57,361 nt of DNA from Candidatus Azambacteria bacterium (GTDB taxonomy: Bacteria > Patescibacteriota > Minisyncoccia > UBA10092), in the NCBI GenBank assembly GCA_003455995.1, contig DMPO01000003.1:37430-94790 (forward strand), written 5' to 3'. Position 1 is the stretch's first letter; the number at the start of each line of letters is the position of its first letter. Shown in pieces: positions 34,591-45,024 of this stretch. Below the pieces are notes generated by a model. That model did not search any database and was not told the origin of the DNA. It saw only the letters and a program-made list of their open reading frames with translations. The translations under genes were made by a program, and so were the position numbers.

Positions 34591-35272
34591 TTTGGTGAAT
34601 ATATTGTTGAAGTAAGGTTAACAGCGTTACTACGATCCAATATAGGGGTAGCGCGGCTGGCAGCGACCAAAAAATCACTATACTTATAACCGGGCCCATA
34701 TAAAGCATTTGTTTAGCCATTATACTGCTAAAATCGTTTTTGGCGGAGGCGGTTGCCGGCGGCATGATCATTTTTGTTTGAAAATACTGCAACGCGCCGG
34801 CTAAGATGGCCAATACCACATTTCTTTTAGACAAATCAATAAACCCCAAAAACGCCATTTGTATGTAGGTGGGGGCGCTAATAAAAGAATAAAGATCGAC
34901 GACATTAAAATCAACAATGCGAAGAAAAACCTGCCACAAAGCGATAATAATAGGGATTTGTATTAGAAGCGGCAAAAAGCCCGCCAAAGGATTAATCTTG
35001 TTGTCCGCGTAAATCTTCATCAATGCCTTGGCTTGTTCTTCTTTATTGTCCTTTAACTTTTTTCTAACCTCTTCAATCTGCGGTTGGATTTTTGCCAGAA
35101 TTTTTTGATTCTTAATGCCTTTATTGGTAAGCGGCCAAAGAATAAATCTAATAAGCGCGGTTAAAATAATAATGGCAAACCCCAAGTCATGGCCGGGAAT
35201 GATATTATATAAAAAAACCAACCCATTAAAGAGTGGTTTATAAAAAATTAGATTAAACCAATAAGAAATCAT
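34562..35272 (-). CDS. yidC: Membrane protein insertase YidC (short form)
   Basis: 236 aa with the PLAGFLPLLIQIPIIIALW pattern, in rnpA-yidC-jag synteny. Confidence 0.85.
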   Translation of the reverse strand: MISYWFNLIFYKPLFNGLVFLYNIIPGHDLGFAIIILTALIRFILWPLTNKGIKNQKILAKIQPQIEEVRKKLKDNKEEQAKALMKIYADNKINPLAGFLPLLIQIPIIIALWQVFLRIVDFNVVDLYSFISAPTYIQMAFLGFIDLSKRNVVLAILAGALQYFQTKMIMPPATASAKNDFSSIMAKQMLYMGPVISIVIFWSLPAALPLYWIVVTLLTLLQQYIHQNDRGSIKPN

Positions 35273-35597
35273 TTTTGATTAAAATTTCTTTAAGCGCGTT
35301 TAATATGTGAGAATAATCGGACTTTACGCAAATAATTTTAGGCCAAATCACAATGTCGATGCCCGGTCTGATATTTTTCAATAAAGCGCTTGCGGCGAAA
35401 CGCAATCGCCGCTTAATTAAATTGCGCGCAACGGCCCGCTTGGCCAATTTATTGCTTATCACAAAACCAAAACGAGAATGTTTTTTTTTGTTTTTGATAA
35501 ACTTAATTTTTATTAAAGTATTTTCCGAATTTTTTCCGGCGCGAAATACTTTTTGAAAGTCGTCGTCCAATTTTAGACGATTTATCTGGGGTAACAT
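35253..35597 (-). CDS. rnpA: RNase P protein component
   Basis: RFGFVISNKLAKRAVARNLIKRRLR, downstream of rpmH. Confidence 0.85.
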   Translation of the reverse strand: MLPQINRLKLDDDFQKVFRAGKNSENTLIKIKFIKNKKKHSRFGFVISNKLAKRAVARNLIKRRLRFAASALLKNIRPGIDIVIWPKIICVKSDYSHILNALKEILIKNDFLLV

Positions 35598-35603
35598 AAA
35601 AGA

Positions 35604-35738
35604 TTAAACCGCCAAACGGCTCCGGCTTTTCTGGCGACGCCTACTCACAACCTTTTTGCCACTGGCGCTTTTCATCCTTACCAAGAAGCCGTGCTTTTTT
35701 TTTCTTTTTACCTTTTTTGGGTTGAATGTTTTACTCAT
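35604..35738 (-). CDS. rpmH: 50S ribosomal protein L34 (not in the ORF track)
   Basis: Hand translation: MSKTFNPKKVKRKKKHGFLVRMKSASGKKVVSRRRQKSRSRLAV. Confidence 0.9.
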   Translation of the reverse strand: MSKTFNPKKVKRKKKHGFLVRMKSASGKKVVSRRRQKSRSRLAV

Positions 35739-35887
35739 AACTAACGATACTTTAACATAAAAATAAATCTTGCGTCAACTATTTTTATTAACCTATAATT
35801 TTCCACAGATCATCAACACATTATACACTGTATTATTCTAAAATTTTTAATCGCCACATTTAAAAATGTGATATACTCTAAAATAAT
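35739..35887. promoter_or_regulatory. dnaA upstream region with DnaA-box-like sites and the dnaA promoter
   Basis: TTTTCCACA at 35799..35807 and TTATACACT near 35821. TGaTATACT at 35869..35877 lies 11 nt before the ATG. Confidence 0.5.
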
Positions 35888-37270
35888 ATGGAACTAAACG
35901 AGCTTTGGAAAGCGGCATTGGGAGAAATAGAATTACAGGTTTCAAAAGCAAATTTTAAAACCTGGCTTCGAAACACCTCTATTGTTGAAAAGAGGGGGAG
36001 TGCCGTTGTTATTGGCGTGCCAAACAGTTTTACCAAGGAATGGTTGGAAAACAAGTATCATAAATTTATTCTGGGGTCGTTAAGAAATTTAGAATCGGGG
36101 ATTAAAGAGGTTTCATACCAAATTAGACAAAATTCCGACAATGAAAATGTAAAAAACCAACCCATTAATCGCGAGGAAGGGGGGAAAATATTTGGCAAGC
36201 AATTGGATTTTCAAGAATTAACAACCGACGCCATAACAAATTTAAATCCTCGCTATACGTTTGATAATTTTATTGTCGGGTCATCCAATGAATTAGCGCA
36301 TGCCGCGGCAATGGCGGTAACCCAAAATCTTGGTAGAAAATATAATCCTCTTTTTATCTACGGTGGAGTCGGACTTGGTAAAACCCACCTTATTCAGGCT
36401 ATCGGCAATGCGGTGAAAAAAGAAAATCCCGCCAAAAAAATTAAATATGTGACTTCAGAAAGATTTACATCGGAAGTTATTTCCGCCCTAAGATCTGGGC
36501 ATTTAAGGCCGAATGAAATAGATGAATTTAAGAAGCGATGGCGAGAAGTTGACCTATTAATTATTGATGATATTCAGTTTTTGGCGGGCAAAGAAAAAAC
36601 CCAAGACGAATTCTTTCATACCTTTAACGCATTATATGACGCCGGTAAGCAAATTATTTTGTCGTCAGATAGATCTCCAAAATCAATCCAGACCCTGGAA
36701 GAAAGGTTAAGATCGCGCTTTGAGGGTGGCATGATCGCGGATATAGCGTATCCCGATTTAGAAACTAGGATAGCTATTTTAAAATCTAAAGCCAACGAAA
36801 GATCTGTGGAATTATCAGATGAAGTTTTTGAATATGTGGCCCAAAATATAAAGAAAAATGTAAGAGAACTTGAGGGCGCCCTAAATCGTTTAATCGCGGC
36901 AAATTATCAATCTAAAAAAGCGGCGGATTTGAATGAGGTTAAAAAATTATTGAATTCCGTCCTAAGCGCCCCAAAGAAAAGCACCACATTAAAAGGCGTT
37001 ATTAAGGCGGTGGTTGAATTTTATGATATCAGTGAGAAAGAATTATTGGAAAGATCGAGAAAAAAAGAAATTGTAAAACCAAGACAAATCATAATGTATT
37101 TACTAAGGGAAGAAATGAAGAGTTCATTTCCTTTTATAGGAATGAAAATAGGCGGCCGCGACCATACAACGGCGATACATGCGTGTGAAAAAATAAAAAA
37201 AGAATTAGAATCCGATCAGGGGCTAAACGATGAGATAAATTCAATAAAAGAAAGACTCTATTTAATTTAA
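35888..37270 (+). CDS. dnaA: Chromosomal replication initiator DnaA
   Basis: GGVGLGKTHL, LLIIDDIQFL, and the C-terminal DNA-binding helix region. Confidence 0.95.
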   Translation: MELNELWKAALGEIELQVSKANFKTWLRNTSIVEKRGSAVVIGVPNSFTKEWLENKYHKFILGSLRNLESGIKEVSYQIRQNSDNENVKNQPINREEGGKIFGKQLDFQELTTDAITNLNPRYTFDNFIVGSSNELAHAAAMAVTQNLGRKYNPLFIYGGVGLGKTHLIQAIGNAVKKENPAKKIKYVTSERFTSEVISALRSGHLRPNEIDEFKKRWREVDLLIIDDIQFLAGKEKTQDEFFHTFNALYDAGKQIILSSDRSPKSIQTLEERLRSRFEGGMIADIAYPDLETRIAILKSKANERSVELSDEVFEYVAQNIKKNVRELEGALNRLIAANYQSKKAADLNEVKKLLNSVLSAPKKSTTLKGVIKAVVEFYDISEKELLERSRKKEIVKPRQIIMYLLREEMKSSFPFIGMKIGGRDHTTAIHACEKIKKELESDQGLNDEINSIKERLYLI

Positions 37271-37492
37271 TTTTAGCAACTTGTTCCTAATTGGTGGATT
37301 ATTAGTTGTTAAAGTGAGTAAAATAAAAAAATAAAATAAATAATACATAGATATATATAATTTATCAACAAATTTATTAACAAGTTGATGGCTAAAAAAT
37401 CGCTCATCTTACGCATTATTCCTAATTTTCCACAGATATGGTCGCTATAATAATAGTAATAAGTATTAATAAATAATTAAATACTAATAATA
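37271..37492. promoter_or_regulatory. Candidate oriC (dnaA-dnaN spacer): very AT-rich with DnaA-box variants
   Basis: TTATCAACA, TTATTAACA and TTTTCCACA (37426..37434), plus long A/T tracts suited to unwinding. Confidence 0.55.
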
Positions 37493-38623
37493 ATGAATGT
37501 CATTTGCACCAAAGAAAATTTAAAAGAAGTTGTAGATAACGCATTAAGAATTGTAAAACATAATTCTAGTTTGCCTATTTTGAATAATTTTTTATTAATT
37601 GCCGACAAAGGAAGGTTTGAAATTTCCTCAACCGATTTGGAAATTGGATTCACCTCTTTTGTTTCGTCAAAAATTATAAAAGACGGGGGCATTACGGTTC
37701 CGGCGCAGCTTTTTAATCAATTTATTAATAATCTTCCCAGTAAAAATATTGGTTTGGAAGTAAAAAATCAAAAACTCCAAATAAGTTGCGATAATATTGC
37801 CGCCACCATTAATGGTTTGGGGGTTGAAGATTTTCCCATCATACCAAAAGTAAAAAATACCGCCACTCTAAATATTGATTCGAAGATTTTAAAAGACGCG
37901 TTTTTAAGTGTCGTGGGCGCCGCCGCCCTTTCCAACGCCAGACCGGAAATTTCCAGCGTTTATTTAAAAATGGAACCAAATATATTGAAATTTATTTCGA
38001 CAGACAGTTTTCGTTTGGCACATAAGACGCTATTTCTCTCTTCCGATGAATTGAAGGAAAAAATTAAAATTGATTATCCAAAATCGCATAATATTATAAT
38101 TCCTTTGAGGACGGTTGGCGAGATTATTAGAATTTTATCAGACAAAAATACCAATATCACAATCGGCATTGATGAGAATCAAATAGTATTTAATGTGGGC
38201 GACGCAAAACTAATCTCTCGGTTGATAAATGGCAATTACCCGGATTATGAGGCGATTATTCCAAAATCTTTTGAAACGCAATGCTTTACTTCTAAAAATG
38301 AACTTGAAGAGGCGGTAAAATTGTCGGGATGTTTTTCTTCAAGATTAAATGAAGTATCGATTAAAACCAGTGGCGGGAAATCGCATATGGAAGTGTCATC
38401 CGGAGATAGTGAAATTGGCGAGCACAAAGCAAGAATTGATTCAGAAATAAAAGGTGGCGATATCGCCGCTACATTTAACTGGCACTATCTACTTGATGGG
38501 CTAAAAAGTATTAGTGGTGATGATATTATTTTTGAATTTAACGGAGATCAAAAACCCGCCATGATTAGGCCGGCTTCCGGAAGTGATTTTTTCTATATTA
38601 TTATGCCCATTAGAAACGTTTAA
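37493..38623 (+). CDS. dnaN: DNA polymerase III beta sliding clamp
   Basis: 376 aa in the position after dnaA; three-domain clamp pattern. Confidence 0.9.
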   Translation: MNVICTKENLKEVVDNALRIVKHNSSLPILNNFLLIADKGRFEISSTDLEIGFTSFVSSKIIKDGGITVPAQLFNQFINNLPSKNIGLEVKNQKLQISCDNIAATINGLGVEDFPIIPKVKNTATLNIDSKILKDAFLSVVGAAALSNARPEISSVYLKMEPNILKFISTDSFRLAHKTLFLSSDELKEKIKIDYPKSHNIIIPLRTVGEIIRILSDKNTNITIGIDENQIVFNVGDAKLISRLINGNYPDYEAIIPKSFETQCFTSKNELEEAVKLSGCFSSRLNEVSIKTSGGKSHMEVSSGDSEIGEHKARIDSEIKGGDIAATFNWHYLLDGLKSISGDDIIFEFNGDQKPAMIRPASGSDFFYIIMPIRNV

Positions 38624-40872
38624 CGGTCGTAATCGTTTGGCATTCGATTGAATGTGTTTGGAAAGTTGGCGCTCAACCAATTTTGTAATGACGCCTCCCA
38701 GTTTTTAAATTGAGAATCATTTTCAGGATTGTCGGGCGGGGCGCCCTGGGGGTCGTCTTTATTCAACCAATAAAAAATCGAATGCACTTCGGTAAATAAT
38801 TTTTCCTGTGCTAATTCCGGCGGCGTTTTTTGGGTTGCGATAAGACCATTATTTTTATTAATTTTGAGCGCGGTTTGTATTTGATATTGGCCGTTTAATA
38901 TTGGCTTATCCGTTATAATTGGATCTGGCGGCGTAAAATTTTCGATTGGCGAATCTTTTAGCGCTTGTGTCATAAAATCGCGCCAAATAGGTCCGGCGGC
39001 GGCAACTCCGCCGCCGCTTTTTTCTATCGGAGTATTATCATTATTACCAGCCCATACGCCGGCGACCAGCGATGGCGTATACCCAACAATCCAAGCGTCT
39101 TTTGCTTTGGTTGGGTCGTCAAAGGATTGCATGGTTCCGGTTTTTGCTGCCGCCGGCCGATTGCCCAACGAAAGGGAACTGTAAAGGCCAAACATCGGCG
39201 CTCGCGCATTATTATCAGAAAGCATATCATTTATACCTCTCGCCGCCTGTTCGTTTAAAACTCTTTGATTTTTATTTTCATATTCTTCCAGAATTTTTCC
39301 CTTGCCGTTTTCAACTTTTAAAATACCCACTGGATTATTTTTTACGCCTTCCTGACTAAAAACGCCATAGGCCGAGGTGATTTCCAATAATTTTACCTCT
39401 CCAGCCCCCAAAACGAGAGAAAGGCCATGGCGAGATTGGTCTTTTAACGAGTTGATGCCTAAATTTTCAGCCATGTCTATAGAATTATTAATACCCGCCA
39501 AATACATTACCTCTACCGACGGCACATTTAATGAATTGGCCAGCGCGTATTTTATGGTTACCGGCCCTCTAAAACGACCATCATAGTTTTTGGGCTTGTA
39601 ACATGTTTCCTGATCGGCGCCGTTTTCAGCAATACCATTCCATGAGCACATTGGATTAAATTCGGTTGGGATGTCCCAGAGTATCGTATCTGGGGTGTAG
39701 CCCTTGTTCAACGCCGTAGCGTAAACAAGTGGTTTGAAAGAAGACCCCGGCTGTCTTAAGCGGGTGGCGACATTGACATTGGGCTCAAATTGGCAATTTT
39801 TTCCCGGCTCACAACCAATTGGCTCCGGTTCACCAAAATAATTTTTGGAACCCACCATGGCCAATATTTGACCCGTTTTCGGATCGATGGCAACTAAAGA
39901 GGCGTTTTTGGCGTTGTAAAATTCATTGCGCTTGGCGCCGTCCGCCACAACCTTTTCCGCTATTTTTTGGAATTCAAAATTGAGAGTTGTGGTAACTTTC
40001 AATCCGCCTTTTTCCACCACTTCTTCTCCGTATTTCTCCGTCAGGTAGTCGCGGACAAACATAACAAAATGAGGCGCCGTCATGTTGGTTTTTTGACCGA
40101 CAAAATTCGCGCTGGTTTGAGAGGCATTTTTGTAATCGTCTTCGGAAATATATTTTAATTCGCGCATTCTATTAAGAATGTGGTTGGCGCGCGCCTTTAA
40201 TTCTTGTCTGTGATTTCCGTAAGGTGAAAAATATGACGGCGCCTTTGGCATAGCCGCCAGATATGCCGCCTCGGTCAGATTTAAGTCCCGAGATCGTTTT
40301 CCGAAATATGTTTCCGCCGCAGCCTCAATGCCGTAGGAATTGGACCCGTAGGGAATTTGATTCAAATAAAAATTAAATATTTCATCTTTGGAATATCTTC
40401 TTTCCAGCGCGATGGTTAGGACAAGTTCTTTAATTTTTCTGTTGAAGGTGCGTTCCGGCGACAGATAGGCGTTTTTTATGAGTTGTTGGGTGATGCTAGA
40501 ACCCCCCTCGGATAAATTACCACCCCTAATATCGTTAATAATTGCCCTGATAATACCGCGCGCGTTAATACCCGAGTGCCGATAAAATTCAGCATCTTCG
40601 GCAGCCAGCGTGGCGTTTTTAACCATCTGGGGCATTTCATTGAAGGGAATAACAGTTCTCTTTTCTTCTCCGTGAATTTCGTATAAAAGATGTTCATTGT
40701 CGCGGTCATAGATTTTAGTGGACTGAACAACTCTTCTATCTTGCCAAGCATTGGGGTTTGGCAATTGGCGGCTATAATAGAAAAATAAAAAAATAAACAA
40801 TAAAACTGCCGAGAAAAAAACCATAACAATCCAAAATACCAAATGGGGCAAAAATCTTCGTTGTTTTGACAT
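38620..40872 (-). CDS. Class A penicillin-binding protein (transglycosylase/transpeptidase)
   Basis: EDAEFYRHSGI, GGSSITQQL, SSFKP, KTGT. Confidence 0.9.
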   Translation of the reverse strand: MSKQRRFLPHLVFWIVMVFFSAVLLFIFLFFYYSRQLPNPNAWQDRRVVQSTKIYDRDNEHLLYEIHGEEKRTVIPFNEMPQMVKNATLAAEDAEFYRHSGINARGIIRAIINDIRGGNLSEGGSSITQQLIKNAYLSPERTFNRKIKELVLTIALERRYSKDEIFNFYLNQIPYGSNSYGIEAAAETYFGKRSRDLNLTEAAYLAAMPKAPSYFSPYGNHRQELKARANHILNRMRELKYISEDDYKNASQTSANFVGQKTNMTAPHFVMFVRDYLTEKYGEEVVEKGGLKVTTTLNFEFQKIAEKVVADGAKRNEFYNAKNASLVAIDPKTGQILAMVGSKNYFGEPEPIGCEPGKNCQFEPNVNVATRLRQPGSSFKPLVYATALNKGYTPDTILWDIPTEFNPMCSWNGIAENGADQETCYKPKNYDGRFRGPVTIKYALANSLNVPSVEVMYLAGINNSIDMAENLGINSLKDQSRHGLSLVLGAGEVKLLEITSAYGVFSQEGVKNNPVGILKVENGKGKILEEYENKNQRVLNEQAARGINDMLSDNNARAPMFGLYSSLSLGNRPAAAKTGTMQSFDDPTKAKDAWIVGYTPSLVAGVWAGNNDNTPIEKSGGGVAAAGPIWRDFMTQALKDSPIENFTPPDPIITDKPILNGQYQIQTALKINKNNGLIATQKTPPELAQEKLFTEVHSIFYWLNKDDPQGAPPDNPENDSQFKNWEASLQNWLSANFPNTFNRMPNDYDR

Positions 40873-40940
40873 GTTTCAGTATTTATACAACATGGGGCGG
40901 CAGTTTGGCAAAAGTTTGATAATTTGGTAGAGTTTTAATT

Positions 40941-42140
40941 ATGAAAGTCGTCGCCGAAGAAAAAATTAAAACACTTCTAACCAGGGCGGTTTCCGAGGTG
41001 ATTATCAGAGACCATTTGGAGGCCGCTTTAAAGTCCGGTAAAAAATTAAGAATCAAGCTCGGCATTGATCCTACGGCGCCCGATATTCATTTTGGCCACG
41101 CGGTTTCATTGTTGAAATTAAGGCAATTTCAAGAATTGGGGCATCAGGCGGTTTTAATTATCGGCGATTTTACGGCGAGAATCGGGGACCCAACCGGCCG
41201 GATGGAAGCAAGACAGGCGCTGTCGTCTCAAACTATAAAAAGCAATTTAAAAAATTATTTGAAACAAATTGGCAAAATTATTGACATTGGTAAAACGGAA
41301 ATTCACTATAATAATAAGTGGTTTGGTAAAATGGGCGCCCAAGAGTTTTACAATCTAACCTCAAGCGTTACGGTTCAGCAGGTTATGAAAAGGGATGATT
41401 TTCGAAAGAGAATCGAGAATAATCACGATATTGCCATAAGTGAAATGATGTATCCGTTGTTTCAGGGCTATGATTCGGTGATGATTAGAGCCGATGTTGA
41501 ACTTGGCGGCGAAGACCAGAAAGTTAATTTATTAATGGGTCGCAGGGTCCAGCGCGCGCACGATATGCCGGAACAGGATGTTTTAACGACGCGGCTCATT
41601 GAGGGTACCGACGGGAGCAAAAAAATGAGTAAAAGCTCGAACAATTATATAGGAGTCGCGGAAAAATCGGATGTCATGTTCGGGAAAATTATGTCCATTC
41701 CGGACTCATTGATTCTAAAATATTTTGAGGCGCTGACCATGGTACCCGACTCGGAAATTGAAAAGATTGGTTTGAAATTAAAATCCGGAGAAAATCCCAA
41801 GAACATTAAGATGCAACTGGCCGGTGAAATAGTAAAAATCTATCACGGCGAGAAAAAAGCTGAAAAGGCGGCGTTGGAATTTGAAAGAGTATTTTCTAAA
41901 AAAGAATTTCCGGATAAAATCGCAACGGTAATATTGTCCGATGAGGGGCGCAATATTTTAAATTTATTATCAGAAATGTTGCTGGTAAAATCAAAAAGCG
42001 AGGCGCGCCGATTGATTTTAGAGAACGCGGTAAAATTGGACGGCAAGATTATTAACGATCCGAGGGCAAAAATATCTATAAAAAAAGACGCTATACTGCA
42101 AGTGGGCAAAAAGCGTTTTGTAAAAATCAAAATAAAATAA
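40941..42140 (+). CDS. tyrS: Tyrosine--tRNA ligase
   Basis: DIHFGH, KMSKS, and a C-terminal S4 domain. Confidence 0.9.
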   Translation: MKVVAEEKIKTLLTRAVSEVIIRDHLEAALKSGKKLRIKLGIDPTAPDIHFGHAVSLLKLRQFQELGHQAVLIIGDFTARIGDPTGRMEARQALSSQTIKSNLKNYLKQIGKIIDIGKTEIHYNNKWFGKMGAQEFYNLTSSVTVQQVMKRDDFRKRIENNHDIAISEMMYPLFQGYDSVMIRADVELGGEDQKVNLLMGRRVQRAHDMPEQDVLTTRLIEGTDGSKKMSKSSNNYIGVAEKSDVMFGKIMSIPDSLILKYFEALTMVPDSEIEKIGLKLKSGENPKNIKMQLAGEIVKIYHGEKKAEKAALEFERVFSKKEFPDKIATVILSDEGRNILNLLSEMLLVKSKSEARRLILENAVKLDGKIINDPRAKISIKKDAILQVGKKRFVKIKIK

Positions 42141-42172
42141 CCCCGCCTATGAAAATGGCGGGGTTATTTTAT
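42139..42172. terminator. Bidirectional terminator hairpin
   Basis: aaccccgcc-tatgaaaat-ggcggggtt, flanked by A and T runs between convergent genes. Confidence 0.65.
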
Positions 42173-42361
42173 TTATTCTTCCTTAAAATCTTCTAATTCT
42201 TCATCGGCGTTATCCAGCCAGTCGTCGTCCGTGCTGACACTCTTGGTTTTGAAGCCGCCAATCTCCGCGTCTTCTTCGCCCATTTCCGAGACCTCTGAAT
42301 CTTCTAAGTCATCGGCGAAATCCAAACCGCTTTCATTGCTTAGGAGATATTTTGAAGCCAT
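42173..42361 (-). CDS. Small highly acidic protein
   Basis: 62 aa, D/E-rich, downstream of ruvC. Confidence 0.4.
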   Translation of the reverse strand: MASKYLLSNESGLDFADDLEDSEVSEMGEEDAEIGGFKTKSVSTDDDWLDNADEELEDFKEE

Positions 42362-42364
42362 GTT

Positions 42365-42862
42365 TTATTTATTAATGAATAATTTAGGGATAGTATAGCA
42401 AGCCGTTATGGCGATGGCAAGGGCGTCGCTGGCGTCGTCTAATTTGGGCGGTTTTTCAATTTTTAAAATACGGCAGGCCATTTTTCTCACCTGATCTTTT
42501 TCCGCTTTTCCGTAGCCGGCAACGGCCAGTTTGACTTCCGGAGGCGTGAAATCGAATATTCGTATATTTTGCGAATTAGCGCGGTCGATGATAACGCCTC
42601 GCGCTTCCGATACCGTAAAAGCCGTTTTGGCATTTTTGGTAAAAAACAATTTTTCAATCGCTAAAATTTCCGGCCGATATTTGGAAATCAGATCGGCGAC
42701 GAAAACGGAAATTTCACTCAGGCGATCTTTTTGTTCTTTATTTTTGGTTTCCAAACACCCATAGGTTAATATGACGAGAGTGTCGGCGTCTTTTTTATCA
42801 ATTATTGCGTAACCAATTCTGGTTGTGCCCGGATCAATCCCCAATATTATCATAAATTTCAC
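42365..42862 (-). CDS. ruvC: Holliday junction resolvase RuvC
   Basis: IILGIDPGTTRIGYAII ... DASDALAIA. Confidence 0.9.
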   Translation of the reverse strand: MKFMIILGIDPGTTRIGYAIIDKKDADTLVILTYGCLETKNKEQKDRLSEISVFVADLISKYRPEILAIEKLFFTKNAKTAFTVSEARGVIIDRANSQNIRIFDFTPPEVKLAVAGYGKAEKDQVRKMACRILKIEKPPKLDDASDALAIAITACYTIPKLFINK

Positions 42863-43373
42863 TTACATCTTGCTGCTCATCTATGGCGCCGTAGAGCGTC
42901 TCCAATTCTTTTTTTACATTTTCATCTTCTATTTTAATGGGATTGTTGGGGGCCCAATCGGCGCCATCGCGGCGAAACATCCACTGGATGGAATTGAGTT
43001 CGGCGAATTTGGCGTTGTGGTCGGATAATATTTTTTTGACTTCGGCCAATGTTCTATTTTTATTGTCGGTGATGGCGGTTATTAAAATGACAACGCCGCC
43101 GGCGCCGAAGGCGCCGTAAATAACTTCTTCCGGCGCGGCGCCGGTGATTTCTCCAGTTCCTCTTTTGATGGCGCGCTCGATATTTTCTTTGGGCACATTT
43201 ACTTCGCGGGCATTTTCAATCATGGTCCGTAGGGTGGGGTTGTCGGCGGGGTTGCCGCCTTTTTTGGCGGCGATAGTAATGAGCGAGGTGATTTTTGAAA
43301 AAACCTTTGATCTTTTAGCGTCGGTTATCGCTTTCTTGTGCTTAATTGTTGACCATTTTGAATGCCCAGACAT
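42834..43373 (-). CDS. yebC: YebC/PmpR-family protein (short, 179 aa)
   Basis: MSGHSKWSTIKHKKAITDAKRSKVFSKI. Confidence 0.85.
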   Translation of the reverse strand: MSGHSKWSTIKHKKAITDAKRSKVFSKITSLITIAAKKGGNPADNPTLRTMIENAREVNVPKENIERAIKRGTGEITGAAPEEVIYGAFGAGGVVILITAITDNKNRTLAEVKKILSDHNAKFAELNSIQWMFRRDGADWAPNNPIKIEDENVKKELETLYGAIDEQQDVSEIYDNIGD

Positions 43374-43484
43374 ATTGCAGTAAATATACTATAATATTTA
43401 TATTTTTTCACCATTGACACAATAATATTGCCGTGTAATAATGCGGTAAAAGTTGATTAAAGTTCATTAAAATAAGGAGGTTTT

Positions 43485-43766
43485 ATGGAGATGGAGACGG
43501 TTGCGATTTTGATTGCAGTTGCTGTTTTGGTTGGCGCAATTTCAGGTGCTATAGGGTACAATGTTTCTCGCAAAAGAGCACCCTGGATAATAGCAATACC
43601 CAGTGCCTTTGTTGGCATATGGTCGTGGGATAAAATACCCCCCCCTTTTTTAATACTAATGAGAGGATTGGGATTGATGATAATAGCGTTGGTTGTTGGC
43701 ACTATCACTTTAGTTATTTTCAGCTATATTGCCAATCTACTCTACCATCCGGACAAAAAAGACTAA
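43485..43766 (+). CDS. Small membrane protein
   Basis: 93 aa, three hydrophobic helices. AGGAGG SD. Terminator at 43790..43811. Confidence 0.5.
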   Translation: MEMETVAILIAVAVLVGAISGAIGYNVSRKRAPWIIAIPSAFVGIWSWDKIPPPFLILMRGLGLMIIALVVGTITLVIFSYIANLLYHPDKKD

Positions 43767-43789
43767 TTTAGTTTCCAGAATGAAAATCG

Positions 43790-43811
43790 GCGGCGCAGTA
43801 GCGCCGCTTTT
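43790..43811 (+). terminator. Rho-independent terminator
   Basis: gcggcgc-agta-gcgccgc followed by tttt. Confidence 0.7.
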
Positions 43812-43953
43812 GTTTTTGTTTTGAGAAAAAAGTAGTAAAATAATAGTGTGGAGCAAAAAAAGGCCCCATGAGGACAAAACCTCATAGGGGGATCTTTTCC
43901 GTTGGTGATATTTATAGTGTAGCAAAAATTCACTAAAAGTCAATAAGTGTTTT

Positions 43954-44973
43954 TTATAATAAACTCTGGTTTTCCGGGGGGAGCTGGAAACCCAGGTGCT
44001 CGTAGGCGAGTTTGGTGGCGATGCGGCCGCGCGCCGTTCGTTGCAGGAATCCGATTTGAAGCAGATAGGGCTCATTTATATCTTCAATGGTATCCAACTC
44101 TTCCGAGGTGGCGGCGGCCAGCGCTTGAAGGCCGACCGGCCCGCCGTTGAATTTTTTAATAATCGCTTCAATGAGCCGGCGATCGGTCAGTTCGAGGCCC
44201 AGATGGTCAACTTCCAATAGCGCCAGCGCTTTTTGCGTCATTTCTTGAGTTATAATGCCGACGCCTTCCACTTCCGCGTAATCGCGGACTCTTTTGAGCA
44301 GGCGGTTGGCGACACGGGGTGTGAATCGGGAAGAAATGGCGATTTGCCTCAATGCGTCCGGCTCGGCCGACAAACTCATCAGCGCCGCAGATCTTTTCAA
44401 GATATTTTCAATGTCTTCTTGAGTATAGAAATCAAGCCGAAAAGTAACGCCGAATCTGGAACGCAAAGGATTGGATAATAGGCCGACGCGCGTGGTGGCC
44501 GCGATGAGTGAAAAGGGCGGTAAATCAAGCTGAAGCGTCCTTGCCGAAGGACCCTTTCCTATTATAATATGCAATATGCGATTTTCCATTGCCGGATAGA
44601 GAACCTCCTCAATCGTTTTGTTTAACCGGTGCGCTTCATCAATAAATAAAATATCTCCACTATTGAGATTTGTCAGTACGGACGCTAAATCTCCGACTTT
44701 TTCGATAGCCGGCCCGGAAGTGATCCTGATATTGGCGCCCATCTCTCGCGCCACGATATACGCCAAGGTGGTTTTGCCAAGGCCGGCGGGTCCGTATAAG
44801 AGCAAATGATCAATGGGTTCGGCCCGTTTTTTGGCCGCTTCCAAAAGGATTTTCAGATTGGCTTTAACTTTATCCTGGCCAATGTACTCGTCCCAAGCGC
44901 GGGGCCTTAAGGCCTGATCAAGCGTCTTGTCTTCGGGTTTGAGTTTTGAGCCGGTCGAGTTTAAATTTTCCAT
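43954..44973 (-). CDS. ruvB: Holliday junction helicase RuvB
   Basis: [23 protein letters not shown]. Confidence 0.95.
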   Translation of the reverse strand: MENLNSTGSKLKPEDKTLDQALRPRAWDEYIGQDKVKANLKILLEAAKKRAEPIDHLLLYGPAGLGKTTLAYIVAREMGANIRITSGPAIEKVGDLASVLTNLNSGDILFIDEAHRLNKTIEEVLYPAMENRILHIIIGKGPSARTLQLDLPPFSLIAATTRVGLLSNPLRSRFGVTFRLDFYTQEDIENILKRSAALMSLSAEPDALRQIAISSRFTPRVANRLLKRVRDYAEVEGVGIITQEMTQKALALLEVDHLGLELTDRRLIEAIIKKFNGGPVGLQALAAATSEELDTIEDINEPYLLQIGFLQRTARGRIATKLAYEHLGFQLPPENQSLL

Positions 44974-45002
44974 TTGACAATTATGTAATTTATTGGTATA
45001 AT
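44974..45002 (+). promoter_or_regulatory. Perfect consensus promoter TTGACA-17-TATAAT pointing into a region with no plus-strand gene
   Basis: TTGACA 44974..44979 and TATAAT 44997..45002. It abuts the ruvB start codon on the opposite strand. Confidence 0.6.
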
Positions 45003-45024
45003 TAGTAAAGTGATAGTGGTGCGT

